This document shows positions 27,092 through 40,200 of a stretch of DNA of 64,000 nt, one piece after another. Location: assembly GCF_006345805.1 (NCBI RefSeq), contig NC_043005.1:1-64000 (forward strand), in the 5' to 3' direction. A program made the translations under genes and the position numbers. Position 1 is the stretch's first letter, and each line of letters begins with the position of its first letter. A model generated the notes under the pieces. That model had not been told where the DNA came from, ran no database searches, and was given only the letters and a program-made list of their open reading frames with translations. The stretch is from Octopus sinensis. Taxonomy: Eukaryota.

Positions 27092-27184
27092 CCTTTACAA
27101 ACCAGTTTTATCATTCCCTCCGATCCAATGGTCATTGTTTGGTCGACCCAAGCACCAGGATTCATAAGTTTCTCGAATGCGAAA
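27092..27184 (-). CDS. Lipoxygenase exon g (contains the Coffa stereo-determinant)
   Basis: tttgcag|T...GG|gtaagg; FAFEKLMNPGAWVDQTMTIGSEGMIKLVCK(G); phases 2 to 2. Confidence 0.92.
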
Positions 27185-27689
27185 CTGCAAAAACATAGAT
27201 TCAGGAGAAAAAATGTATTAATTCACATAATAATACTGTAGAGAGGAATATTTTTAATATATATATATAAAATAAAAAACCATTACCTATGTACTAATTA
27301 GTTTCACTCGTTAATATTTACGTATATGGACACGCAAACATCTGCAAGATCATCAGCATCTGTCGTTAATTTTAAATAAAAAAATGTTCTCTAACCGGTA
27401 AATTGACTGCTGTAGTTTATTAACTGCAGAGTAATTCCCGATCTCAGCGCGCCAAAGTGAAGGCATTTGAAAGATACACATACATATAATTTGTAGAACT
27501 TTATACATGCTGAATTGCGGTTGAGCGTTCTGTATCTAGTTCTGGAAATTGTGTTTTATAAAATTTACGGCAGCGAATTCGTGACGAACCCTTTTTCTTT
27601 TCACTGTCGTTTTTTCACTTCATCTTTTTTACAGCGGCCCTCTCGATCTATACCTGTTGTTGTGCTCTTTCCTTCATATCTTCGTTACC

Positions 27690-28080
27690 AGCTCCTTCAC
27701 TCTCTCTTTCAGACCTTCCTCTTCCTATCTCCCCTCTCCTTTTTCATATCTTCTTTCTTTTTCCGCTTCCCTCTCCCTTCCTTTGTCTCTCTTTACACCT
27801 ATCTCTCTCCCTCTCTTTTCCATATCCTTCTCCTTTTCTCATCTCTTTCCCTCATTCTGTCTCTCCCTCCCTTTGTCTCTTTCTACATCTACCTCTCTCC
27901 CTCTCTGTTTCATAACTCTCACTTTTCCTCTCCTCTCCTTCCATTTCATATCTTCCTCCTTTTCTCACTTCTCTCTCCCTTCTTTTGTCTCCCTCTCCAT
28001 CTACCTCTTTCCCTCTCACCTCACCCTCTCCCTCATATACTTCTCTTCTCACTCCGTCTCTCCACATCCTTCATTCTCTC
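27690..28080. repeat. CT-rich polypyrimidine low-complexity tract
   Basis: About 390 bp almost devoid of G on the + strand, with degenerate internal units. Confidence 0.85.
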
Positions 28081-28094
28081 ATAAGACAACATAA

Positions 28095-28735
28095 GACAAC
28101 ACAATATAGTCGTATGCAATACATATCGCCCACCAGATGGTCCAAACCACATAGGCAAGTTTGACGATTGCCTCACAAGAATTAAAGAAATCCTCATGAA
28201 ACTGGAACACCACGTGAGCGTATTTCTTATGAGTGATTTCAACTTCCCCAACGTCAAATGGCCCGAAGGACTCATGCTTTCAAGAATGACTCATTGCAAT
28301 CAAGCACAGGTGGAGTCCCTGCTCAACCTCACTAACGACCTATTCACGGAGCAAGTTGTACTTAGACCAACTAGGGCGAATAACATTTTGGATCTCTGCT
28401 TCACAAATAATATGGACATCGTTCATGGTGTGAAAATGACGCCGACACTAGTTTCGGATCACAACATAATAGAAATGTCTATGTATGGACCAAAAGTAGC
28501 TAGAGAAATACAGTCTTAAGGAAGCACCCAGAATCTCTCCAATCGGAACCAGAAATATGTCCCACAGCATAAGGCCAACACAAAAAGGAACAAGATTCCA
28601 AGGAAGAGGAAGATCCTCATGAGACGACGGACGAAGGATGCAAATAACCTCAACCAACATTCCAAAAGTGGTGAAAGGTCCCGCCTAAAAACAACACTGA
28701 TGGAGAGTGAAAAAAGGCTGTGTGTGAGAGAGAGA
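28095..28735 (+). mobile_element. CR1/L2-like LINE endonuclease fragment
   Basis: YRPP, DFNFPNVKW, PTRANNILDLCFTN and SDHNII APE-type motifs. Confidence 0.78.
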
Positions 28736-28992
28736 GAGAGCAGTAGTAGAAGTGGTCGTTGTAGTCATGGTGGTGGCAGTGGCAGGAGTGATAGGAATGA
28801 TATTACAAACAACTGGGGTTTTTTTGTATGTTTCTGAATGGCCTTCCAGGCTGCAATTGCATTGGTTTCAGCGCATCATATCAGATCAAAACATCTGCTA
28901 CGCAAGTACGTCTCCGATAATAAAATTCAAAAATATCTGTTAGAAGATGGTGTACTTATTCATTAAAATAACAAGAAATAAAAAGCACTTAC

Positions 28993-29110
28993 TCGTTGAT
29001 AAGCATAAGTAAATAAGTGTGAGGGGCCAAAATTTTGAAGAGTGGATGCGTCGGAAATATATTCCTATGCATGTGAGCACTGACAATTTGCATCAGCATA
29101 TGGGTTAAAC
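28993..29110 (-). CDS. Lipoxygenase exon f (second Fe-ligand His)
   Basis: ttttcag|GT...GA|gtaagt; LTHMLMQIVSAHMHRNIFPTHPLFKILAPHTYLLMLIN(D); phases 1 to 2. Confidence 0.95.
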
Positions 29111-29332
29111 CTGAAAAAGAATATTATTTTCATCTTGTATTTTACATCATATATGCGATAAGCGATTTAAAACGAATACATTTTTATAGTTTTTTGCTGT
29201 TTTACTGGCTTCAGTGTTACAGGGGTGACCACAATGGAGCAATGCTTTCATGGGTTTTTAGTCCTAGTCTTCTATAAGTTTAATTTATTAATATCTAGGT
29301 TGTTTTATAGGAAACCTGACTCGAGTTCACAA

Positions 29333-29364
<32 letters not shown>

Positions 29365-29602
29365 TTTTCTTCTTTTTTCATATCTCTTTTCTTTTGTTCC
29401 TTTTCCTTTTCTTTTTTTCTTTTTTCTTTTTTTTCTTTTTCATTTTTTTTTGTTCTTTTCTTCTCTTTTACGATCCCTCTTGATCGAAAACCTACGCCAC
29501 CCTTTATTTTGTTTCATCCCCCAAAAGAAAAGCTCTACCTTGTAACTTGTCCCATCTGTGTGCAGCCCTGTGTGGCCAATAAAGAAACTTATCTATCTAT
29601 CC

Positions 29603-29670
<68 letters not shown>

Positions 29671-29889
29671 GTCTGTCTACCAGTCTGCATGTCTGTGTAT
29701 CTCTCCGTCTGTCTATCTATCTATCTATCTATCTATCTATACATGTTTGTATGTATGTATTGCAAATTTTATTAGCAATAATATATAGATATTTTGTTAT
29801 TTTATGGTTAATTTTCCATAATATTTTCCCAGAAGATTTGGAGATGTTCCTTATAAAGTATTCATCAAGCAGAAATTACTGTCACCGAC

Positions 29890-31830
29890 AGTACAATGCA
29901 TCTCTACGACTTCCAAGGAGGAGGAAGTGGACCAGCGAAGGAAACAGGATAGTGATGCAGTGCTACTTAGAAAGTGAACCTAAAAGAAGGGGCTATAGAA
30001 AACGGGTGTTGATACTTTGGGTAGAGAAGGGTATGTTTCAAGTAACTGAGCTGAGATCAGTAGATCAAGCTAATGAAGTGGATGACAGAATGGAGGGGAG
30101 AAGAGATCACTTGAGAACTGGAAAAGAAAGACCAGACAGTGGGAAAGACAAACAACGACATAAGAGATACAACTGAAACAAAAGAAGAACCCAAAGGAAA
30201 AAAATAATAACAATAAGGAAGGGACAACTGGCTTTGAGTGATTTGAGTGATTTAAGTGGGGAAGATGAGAATATTTTAGATGAGTTTCAGGAAATAAATG
30301 AGTAAAGAAACAAGAAAAAGATTTCCAGCATTAAAAGACATCAACAGAAGGAAGCTACAAGGAGTGACTTGGAAAGTAGATTCTGTTATCAGCAGCAGGA
30401 TAGATGCTAAAAATATAGGAGACACTAACTTATTGATCTGTGCAGGAAGGGTAGTAGTTACTAGAAGATTGGATATCACACAGGGAAAGATTTTAAAAGA
30501 GCAAATGTGGAAAAGGAGACTACAAAACAAAGTGGAGACTTTAAAACAAGACCTGGGTAGAATAGAAGCCTGGAAACTGAACAAGTTAGGAAGCACAAGA
30601 TGCAAATCTTCCCTTGAAAAAAGATACCTAGGCAAGAAAGCATTTGGGACAATAATAGAAGATTTGAAACAGCGTATCATAGCAGTAGCAGGCAGCATCT
30701 CCAGTTATAAGAAAAGAATAGATCTGTATCAACAGAATAGATTATTTGAGACAGACCAAAGGAGATTTTATAACCAAATAAAGATGAGAAACCTAATGCA
30801 GAAGAAGCTAGAAAGTTTTGCAGTAATATTTGGGATAGACCAAATGCAGTATGGTTAAAGAAAGTGAGGAAGAAGCAGTGAGTGAGAAACAGCCAAATCT
30901 ATGATTAGCTACTCTCTTTTACTCTTTTACTTGTTTCAGTCATTTGACTGCGGCCATGCTGGAGCACCGTCTTTAATCGAGCAACTCGACCCTGGGACTT
31001 ATTCTTTTGTAAGCCCAGTACTTATTCTATAGGTCTCTTTTGCCGAACCGCTAAGTGACGGGGACATAAACACACCAGCATCGGTTGTCAAGCAATGCTA
31101 GGGGGACAAACACAGATACACAAACACACATACATATATATATATATACGACGGGCTTCTTTCAGTTTCCATCTACCAAATCCACTCACAAGGCTTTGGT
31201 CGGCCGTAGGCTATAGTAGAAGACACTTGCCCAAGGTGCCACGCAGTGGGACTGAACCCGGAACCATGCGGCTGGTAAACAAGCTACTTACCACACAGCC
31301 ACTCCTGCGCCTAGTGTATTAAGTGTTAGGAAAAATGCCGAATTAGATGGCGCCAGGACTAGAGTTTGTTCAAGGGTAATGGCAAAAGAAATTTAGTAGT
31401 TTACATGAAGGCGGCTGAGGGAACAATTGCAGGATTGCTTTAATGGAAGAATAATACCAGATTAGATGGCTAGAGGGAGGACACAACCCCTTATGAAAGA
31501 TAAAAGCAAGGGTAGTACAGCTAGCAATTATAGACCAATCACTTGCTTACCACTAGTGTGGAATCCGTTAACAAGAATGCTTTCAGAAAGCATTTACGAG
31601 CACCGTGACAACCAGAACCTACTACCAGAAGAACAGAGAGGTTGCAGAAAGAAGGCTAGAGGAAAACATGATCTATTATACACAGAAAAAGCAATCAATA
31701 CCACCCAATCTAAAAAAAAAACATCTAAAAACCTTAAAAATACCCTACAATCAAGATGTATTGCAAAAGTCGGCATTACTTGGAACTGCACGCATATTGT
31801 GTAAAGTACTGTCTGTGTGAGGTCTTTGTT
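29890..31830 (+). mobile_element. Decayed R4-like element with internal deletions, interrupted by a SINE at 30911-31311
   Basis: N-terminus KWT.E.NRIVMQCY..SEP.RRGYRKR; QQNRLFETDQRRFY; SNYRPITCLPL; EEQRGCRK. Confidence 0.75.
30911..31311 (-). mobile_element. Family A SINE, full length
   Basis: Complete reverse complement including the head GGCGCAGGAGTGGCTGTGTGG. Confidence 0.92.
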
Positions 31831-31916
31831 GTGACTTGACAAACAGTACAAAACCCCGATAGATACAACATCTTCAATCAACAACCACATGATATTGTAT
31901 AATGTGCGGCGACGTC

Positions 31917-31949
<33 letters not shown>

Positions 31950-32337
31950 CACAGTATAAAGTGATAAGTTCAGAATCTCAAGGCAACTACAGTACCAGTG
32001 ATTGTAGGATCTGTAGGAATGATAAAAAAAGGTACTGAAACCTATTTGAAAATGATTCCAGGCTTACCATCCCTACAGGAAGTGGAAAAAATCGTGTTAA
32101 CTGGTACGGTTCATGTACTGAGAAGAGCACTATCGCTGTGAAAATAACATCCATCCATGAATTTAATATTTATTAATTTTTAAATACATATTTTATCTGT
32201 GAATTTGCGCGTGTAATCTGGGAATGCATGCAATGCCCTTCTCTGCCCTAGGTGTATGGAAAACACTTGTCGAGAAACGGAAGAAAATTTGAAGAAGGAA
32301 AAACATAATAATAATAATAATGATAATAATGATAATA

Positions 32338-32369
<32 letters not shown>

Positions 32370-32381
32370 AATAATAATTAT

Positions 32382-32443
<62 letters not shown>

Positions 32444-35400
32444 ACAGGTATGGGAAGACATCTCAATCGCCAACCTGAGGAGAATACTAACGAAGGCTCA
32501 TAAGTGGAAATCCCCTGGTATTGATAGAGTACCAAATTTCTGGCTCTCATCACTCTCGTCCGCACACAAAATGTTAGTAATTTCTCTATATATAAACGGC
32601 AAAATGTCTGTGTGTGTGTCCTTTATACAGATCCACAATTTTTCAGTTAGTGGGTTCGCACTTTCTATGATCATTTCAAACCGTCCAAGGGTGATCGTGC
32701 ACATCTTTACATTTCCCAGTCACCCCGCAAAGCCATTAAAAAATTAATAGAAGTGCCTTTTTTGTGAATTTTCTATCCAAAACCCAATCAAAATGTCCGA
32801 AACTTGATACACCAATTGAATGCCAGCTAGCTATATGTGATTGGTCGGAGATTTGGACAGTACTCGCGTGTACGTGCGCACACACGCAGCTGTATATGCA
32901 TGCACTAGCACTATATAATAGTATTATGAAAGACCCGGAAAAAACTCCCCATTGGATGGCAAATGATATTATTTACCTCCTCCGCAAAAATAAGAAAACG
33001 AAAGACCCAAAAAACTACCGGCCTATAACATGTTTATCTACTCCCTATAAGATTTTGACAGCTATTCTAGTAGAGAAAACATATACGTTTATGGAAGAGA
33101 ATAACCTCTTCCCCACTGAACAAAAAGGATGCAGACGAGGCTCATACGGATGCAAAGATCAGCTCCTAATTAATCGCATGATCCTTGAGAACTGCCATAA
33201 CAAGCGCAGAAAGCTCAGCTCTTCATGGATTGATTATAAAAAAGCCTTTGACAGCATACCACATTCGTGGATTCTGAAATCGCTGGACATTTTCAAAATT
33301 TCTCCTGTGATGTCAAATTTTTTAAAGTATAATATGTCACAATGGAAGACGAAGCTCCAATTATATCATTCTAATGGAGTATTGCACTCAAACAATATTA
33401 GCATAAACTGTGACAGTGTTCCACCGGGCAGGCTCACAGATACTGGTCCGACTTCAGCCTGTCGTTACCCAGCAATGGACCAGCACACATGGCATAGACG
33501 GAACACAGAAATCAATTCTGTTGTCATGGAGTATTACTACCTGAGCAACCCTGTAGACGAAAAAGGGGTTCATATAGGGGATACCGACAGAATATGCATG
33601 ATCATCTCACGGAACAGAGATTATGTGATCAAGCTAGAGCAATGAGAAAAAAATCGTTGGTTCACAAAAGTAGAACTCGAAGCTATCAAAAGACAGTTAT
33701 TGGAAAACAGCAGCAGAGGAAACGATGAAAATACAGTTCCTACAGATAAAAGTAATCTCATAGCAGAAAACAGTGTTGAAATCTCTAATAAACCACAGTA
33801 AAAGAACAGTGATAGCTTGCTCGATGAGAGACATATAGATGGTTTGGGAGAAGACAATAAAACTAATGGTGACATTACAGATGGGCCTTCGACAGAATAA
33901 AGGCAAGGCTACAGGAGATTCATAGCGACATTATTTGCAAACTTAAAAAGGCTGATCGATGGAAATTGAACCAAGAAACGAAAAATGTCAATTAAATTCT
34001 GAAATACATCAGAACAAACAACATCACAGAAACAAATAATTTGATCAAAGCAGCAAGTATTGTTGTAGCAGAAAATGTGGTGTCGATGTCAAGAAAAAGA
34101 AGCATAATGGGAGTGACAAAAGAAAAGATCTATTGTGGAAAAGAAGAATACAGGCGAGGTTAGATATGCTCTCGAATGACATTTCTGAGTTAGGCTGAAA
34201 TGAGAAGGGGGAAATTAAAAGCGAACAAAAATACAGGGCATTGAAAAGGAAGTATAATATTGAAAGAAAGGGCCTGAAAGTGGTAATGGAGGAACTGAAA
34301 CAGCGCCTCATTGCAAAGAAAGCAAAGATGGTAAGATAGAGCTAAAGTGTGAAGGGTTACCACCAGAATAGTTTATTCAGAGTAGATCAGAAGAGATTCT
34401 ATAAAGAAATAAATGGAGGATGTACAGATGAAAATTTGATACCAGATAACATTGAAAGTCAGAGGTTTTGGAATGACATCTGGAGCAAAGACAAGGAGCA
34501 CAAGAAGGATGCTGAATGGTTGCAAGAACTGAAACAAACAGTAGCCTGTCCAAAACAGGCAGAAATAGTCATTTCAGTTAAGGAAGTGAAGAAATCAGCA
34601 AAAAAAAAAAATGAGCAACTTGAAGGCCCCGGGACCAGATGGAGTTCAAGGCTACTGGATCAAAAGATTTGGTGAATGTCGTGCATGAATAGCTGCGCAA
34701 CTCAACACTTTGTTAAATGCCGACCAAGCAAAACCAGAGTGGGTGGGACATTGGGTAGGACTGTGCTGTGCCTGGAAAACATCGGAAAAGGCAATACGGT
34801 AGACAATTACAGGCCGATATCCTGTTTGCCACTTATGTGGAAATTGTTGGTTGGAATAGTCGCAGAGTCAATGTACGGACATCTGGCAAAAAATAGAGTC
34901 CTGCCACATGAGCAGAAGGGGTGTAAGCGTAAGTGCCAGAAGAAGACAAAACTGTACTTAGAGACTGCAAGAGGAGGAAAACTAACTTAGCAATGTCACG
35001 GATCGATTATCGTAAGGCGTACGATACGATCCCACATTCTTGTGGCAGGAGTAATCGCATGGATACTTTGCAACAAGTATGGACTTGACAGAGCAAAAAA
35101 GTGGTACGAACATAAACCCGAAGGCACCATCGAAAATGATAATGCAAAGATCCTATATGATTTTATGATTCAGTTCGACTAGGAGATAGAGAATAGGAAG
35201 CCGGACATAGTCTTAATTGAGAAAAAAGCAACGATGCTGGATGATAGATATAGCATGCCCAGCTGACAACAAAGTATGTGATAAGGAAGAGAGAAAAGTC
35301 GAGAGATATGACAGGTTAGCTTGGGAAGTTAAGCAGTTGTGATCGCTGAATAAGGTGGTAGTAGTACCAATAATTGTTGGAGCCCTGGGGACAGTGAGTA

Positions 35401-35580
35401 AAAATCTCGAGAAGTACGTGGAACAAATAGGGGCTGCAATAAGTGTGGAGACTTGCAGAAAACAGCACTGCTTGGAACCGTTCGAATACTCCGGAAGGTG
35501 CTCGAAAAATAAGAGGTGTTACCTTAGTTCACTGGTAGTTTACAGCTGACGCTGTAGTACATCTTCAGTGCTAGAAGCTG
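31950..35580 (+). mobile_element. Mosaic of further R4/Dong-like fragments separated by (AAT)/(GAT) tracts
   Basis: RLE C-terminus at about 31970-32140, RT motifs at 32900-33420 (homologous to 21100-21650), second-family RT/RLE at 34000-35510 ([31 protein letters not shown]). Confidence 0.75.
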
Positions 35581-35621
35581 TGCAAAGACAATAAAATAAT
35601 AATAATAACAATCCTTTCTAC

Positions 35622-35752
35622 TGGAAGCCCAAGGCCTTAGAGTTGGGAGAAGGGACTAAGTCGATTACATCGACCCTAGTGCATAACTGGTAATTATTTA
35701 ATCGAACCCGAAAGGATGAAAGGCAAAGTCGACCCCAGCGAAATTTGAACTC
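35622..35752 (-). mobile_element. Family B SINE, partial
   Basis: gtcgattacatcgacc...gaaaggatgaaaggcaaagtcgacc...aatttgaactc. Confidence 0.8.
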
Positions 35753-35765
35753 AAACAACAACAAC

Positions 35766-35824
<59 letters not shown>

Positions 35825-35921
35825 CCAAGTGCACAACACATTGATGATAATTGGCATCAGCCATATTGTACCACATTTTAGCAAGAGTCCAAACGCTTTC
35901 ATCGTCTGTTGGAAGAAAGAC
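35825..35921 (-). CDS. Lipoxygenase exon e (first Fe-ligand His)
   Basis: cttttag|GTC...G|gtatta; VFLPTDDESVWTLAKMWYNMADANYHQCVVHL(G) (W.LAK.W...AD...HQ...HL motif); phases 0 to 1. Confidence 0.95.
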
Positions 35922-36099
35922 CTAAAAGAAAGTGGTAAATGTCAATATTTCATAAGTAAATATTTGAACATCGAAATGAAATTAACTGGAACACACAGAC
36001 ATATAGACAACCAGATCAACGCATACGCATAGATATCCAGCATGGTTGCATAGACATGCAAATCTCATGGGAAGTTGATTTCCTCAAAGAATTGTAACA

Positions 36100-37260
36100 T
36101 ACATAGGATATAGGGAGAAGTAAGAAGAAAAATAAGCGGAAATGCACATTGGAACTCAAAAAAAGTAAAGGCTTTTTATGAAAAGTAACGATAGATATAT
36201 ACAATTAGATGAACTGAGGTAGGAATAAAAGTAATGAAAGTCATTATTGTGAATTGTTAAAGAGATTCAAAAGCATACCGGTTTCGTAAAATTATTAATC
36301 ATTGCTTTGAATGCACACCGATCACTGCACGGTGTCAGGTCTACTAGTCCCTGAGTAAAAAGATGTGTAAGGGAGATAAGTAGTTCTGGATTTGGTGCAA
36401 TTAGGGTAGAAATATATCTTTAATGTGAATGGTATATGGGATGTATGGGGATTAGTGGTATTAATTGAAAGGTTAGTAATGTTCTGTATTATATTATGTA
36501 TTCATATTGAGTTGTGGAATATATTTATTAATGAAAGTTGCCTCTTTATTCATTCTTTGTTGTACTGAGGTATTCTGTGAACATTGATAGAAGGGGAAAA
36601 TTAGGATTAAGATTCCTAGCACACCTTTCTATATGTTCCCTAACCTGTATCCGTCTGTATTTTGTGTGTCGGATTTGTTCTTTGTCTTAGTGACATTCCT
36701 GTTTGCCCAATATATTGATTACCGCACCCTAAGCGTGTAATGGCATAGATTAGGTTTTCCGAAGCACAGGTAAACTTTGACTTTATCTTAAATATTTCAC
36801 CTTGTTTAAAGTGGAACTCTGTACCCGCCAAAAGGTGGGGGCATGTGCCACAGTTAGATCGTCCGCATTTTTTCACTTTTGGTTCCTTTGTAATAGATAT
36901 AGTCTTGCGTTGGTTAATATTATTTTTAATGATTTCGGTTGCATTTTGCTCTTGATAATTTTGTGTGAGCCTAAAATTTTGTTCATTGTTTTATCTCCTG
37001 TGAGAATGGATAGATTTTGTATGATGATGGGTTTATATAAGATGTCTGTTTCGATATGGCTATTGACTATTTTAATTAGGATGTCAAGAAAAGGAAGTTG
37101 TTTATTGCTGTGGTCCATGCTGAATTGTATGTTGCTATTGATATCGTTGTGCATTATTTTGAAATCGAGGAGTTTGTCAATGCTATCTTTCCAAAGTATA
37201 AAGCAATCATCTAAATAACTCTTCCAGTGATGCCCTGGATTTGTAGACTTCGAATCTGCT
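36100..37260 (-). mobile_element. Penelope-like element (family 1), 3' fragment: RT end, GIY-YIG and terminal repeat
   Basis: QLPFLDILI, KKCGRSNCGTCPHL, C.SENLIYAI...CGNQYIGQTG; homologous to 55003-56040 and 58690-59330. Confidence 0.85.
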
Positions 37261-37299
37261 TTCTCCTTTCTTAATTTCTCAAGACTGGTACGTAGGCAG

Positions 37300-40200
37300 T
37301 GTATTACATATCCCAGTTACCCAATAATTACATGTATAAACCTATTATGTCGCACGTTCGGATGACCTCTAATCAACTCAACTCTCGACGTCTAGACTTC
37401 TCCCTCTATATCTACATATTGGGCTAGCCTACTTCATCGTCTGGGGGCGTCCACACAACACCTCCCTCTTTTCAGTTTTTTAAACCCGAATTTATCAATT
37501 TTATTTCCTCGGTGAGAATCTGGCATATCTTGTTCTCTTAGCGTTAATTTCCATCATTTCTGTAGGTTTTCTCTTCCTGTTCGACCTACGTGTCGGTTCT
37601 GCTTTTGCTTGTGGTTCTGGGATCCCGAACACTTTTGCTTGTGGTTTTGGGACCTGGAACAAATCATACCATAAATCTATTCTTCTCGCCTCTCTTGGTT
37701 TTTGGTATATCTTTTTCTAATCGGTTTAAATGCCTTCTGTGTTCATATTTTGGTCCTTTTACCATGTACATCACATTACCCAGACGTCCAGTTATACTTC
37801 CTTGTTCCCAGTCCTGTTTTTCGTTACTATATATTTTAAAATACGCTTTGTCACCTGTGTTAAAAACTTCGTTTTTCTTCCCGAATTTTCTATTTTCTAT
37901 TTTCTGTTCGGCAACCATTTGTCAAAAATAGAACGAATTTTTCTGGAAAACATCAAATCTGCGGATGACCTACCCGACTCTGCATTTGGATTCGGTGTTA
38001 TTCTATACACTTGCAAAAACTTTATCATATTTGTATCTTCAAAGATTTCCCGTCAGGTCTTCCTTAAGGCTCTCTTGAATGTGTTGACGAATCTTTCCGC
38101 TAACACATTTGACCTTCGATGGTATGGCGGAGTTAACACATGCTTCATTTGAACCGACTTACAGAATCTTTCGAACTCCTTCGCCGTGAATTGTGTACCA
38201 TTATCCGACACGATCGTATCTGGCACTCCATAACGAGCGAACAGTTCTTCCAAGAAGTCAATAGTCACACTTGTGTTTGGCCTTGAACATTTACACACTT
38301 CAGGCCATTTGGAATAGCTATCCACCACAATGATATAATGAGAGCCATTTATTGGTCCTGCGAAATCCACATGTTGTCTAGACCATTCCGAATCCGTTTT
38401 TGGCCACGGCTAAATCTGCACTGGGGGCGCCTTTGCTGCCATAGCGCATCCCCTACACTGTTTTACCAGTCTCTCAATTTGCTTGTCCACATTCGGCCAA
38501 TAAACGTAACTTCTAATAAGGCTCTTCATCCGGACAATCCCCGGATGTCCTACATGTAAGTCTTTTGATACTCTGTTTTGCAGTACTTAAGGTATTACCA
38601 CTCTTTTTGCATATAATAATACCTCATCACACACTAAACATTTTTTAATCTTATTTATGAACCTATCATTTCCCGATTTTAATTTAATTTCTTCCAGCGT
38701 TACCGGCAAATTACGTACTACTTTGTACAAAATGTTCTTCAGTTCCATTTCTAGTTTTAACTATGCAATCACCGTATCTTCAAAAGGTTCCTCATATTTT
38801 GGAATTAGCCTAGACAACCCGTCTGCGTGTCCCATTTTCATTGATAGCAAAAACTCCATATGGAAATCGTAATTCAACAGAGTAGTTCCCCAGCACTATA
38901 AGCGGTTTGCTGAGTGCGTGGGGATATCCTTTTTCGAACCAAAAATAGACAATAACGGTCGGTGATCCGTTTGCAGTGTAAACTTCTTCCCATGTAAGAA
39001 TTTATGGAAATTTATTACTGCGAAGATTAATGATAACGCCTCTTTTTCAATCTGGCTGTAGTTTCTTTCTGCTGGTAATAGAACTCTCGATGCATGTGCA
39101 ATAGCTTTGATTTTACCATCATTAAATTTATGCAATATCACAGCTCCTACACCATATTCATTGGCATCCGATGCCACAATTATTTTCAGATTTGGGTCGA
39201 AATCAGTTAATGATAACTCTGATGTTAACTGCTTTTTAATTCCTCGAATGATTTCTGACATTCGTTTGTCCAGCTCCATTTCGAGTCCTTCTTTAGCAAC
39301 TTATTCAACGGAACTCTTAGCTCATACATTTTAGGTATGCACAACTGGTAATAACTTACCAAACCTAAAAATGCTTGTAGTGTTGTTTTGTTAGTGGGAG
39401 CAGGCATTTTTTTATCGCGTCGATCCTAGAAGGGTCCGGTTTCCGCCCGTTTTCATCGATCACCTGTCATAAGTACTTTATTTTTATCAAGAAAAATTCC
39501 CATTTATCCTCCCTTACTTTGAACCCGTAATCACACATTCGTTTGGAAACCTCTTCTATATGTTCAATATGTTGGTCCCTTGATTCACTTTTGATCAATA
39601 TGTCATCCAAGCATGGGACCGCGAACTCACAATCTGCTAGCATAGTATCCATCACTTACTGAAACATTGCTGGTGCGACCTTTACCCCAAATGGCAGTCT
39701 TTTGAGACGGTACAGACCTTTATGAGTATTGATTGTTAATACTTCAGCACGTTCTTCATCTACCAGTGATTGGAGGTAGGCCTCTGACAAATCCAGCTTG
39801 GCAAAACTTTTCCCACCATTGCACTTAGCAAATATTTCTTCTGGGTTTGGAAGCGGATAATTGTAATTTATTAAACAATCATTAAGACCAGTTGAGAAGT
39901 CCACACATACTCTTATCACGTTGTTCTTCTTTTTTATATATAGAGTAGGAGCCGCCCACTCAGAGTAGTCTACTTTTTCAATCAATTCCATGTCTTCCAA
40001 TCTTTTTAATTCCTTCTCAACTTGATTTAACGCCGCAAAAGGTTCATTCCTTTTCGGTTAGAACATCGGCACCGCATTTTCTTTCAACTCAAACATTACT
40101 TTAATTTTTTTACACGTACCGAGCTCTTTCGAAAAAATATCAGGGTACATCTTTTTCAATTTTAATTTCATTTTTTCCGATGCTTTCTCTGACACAGACT

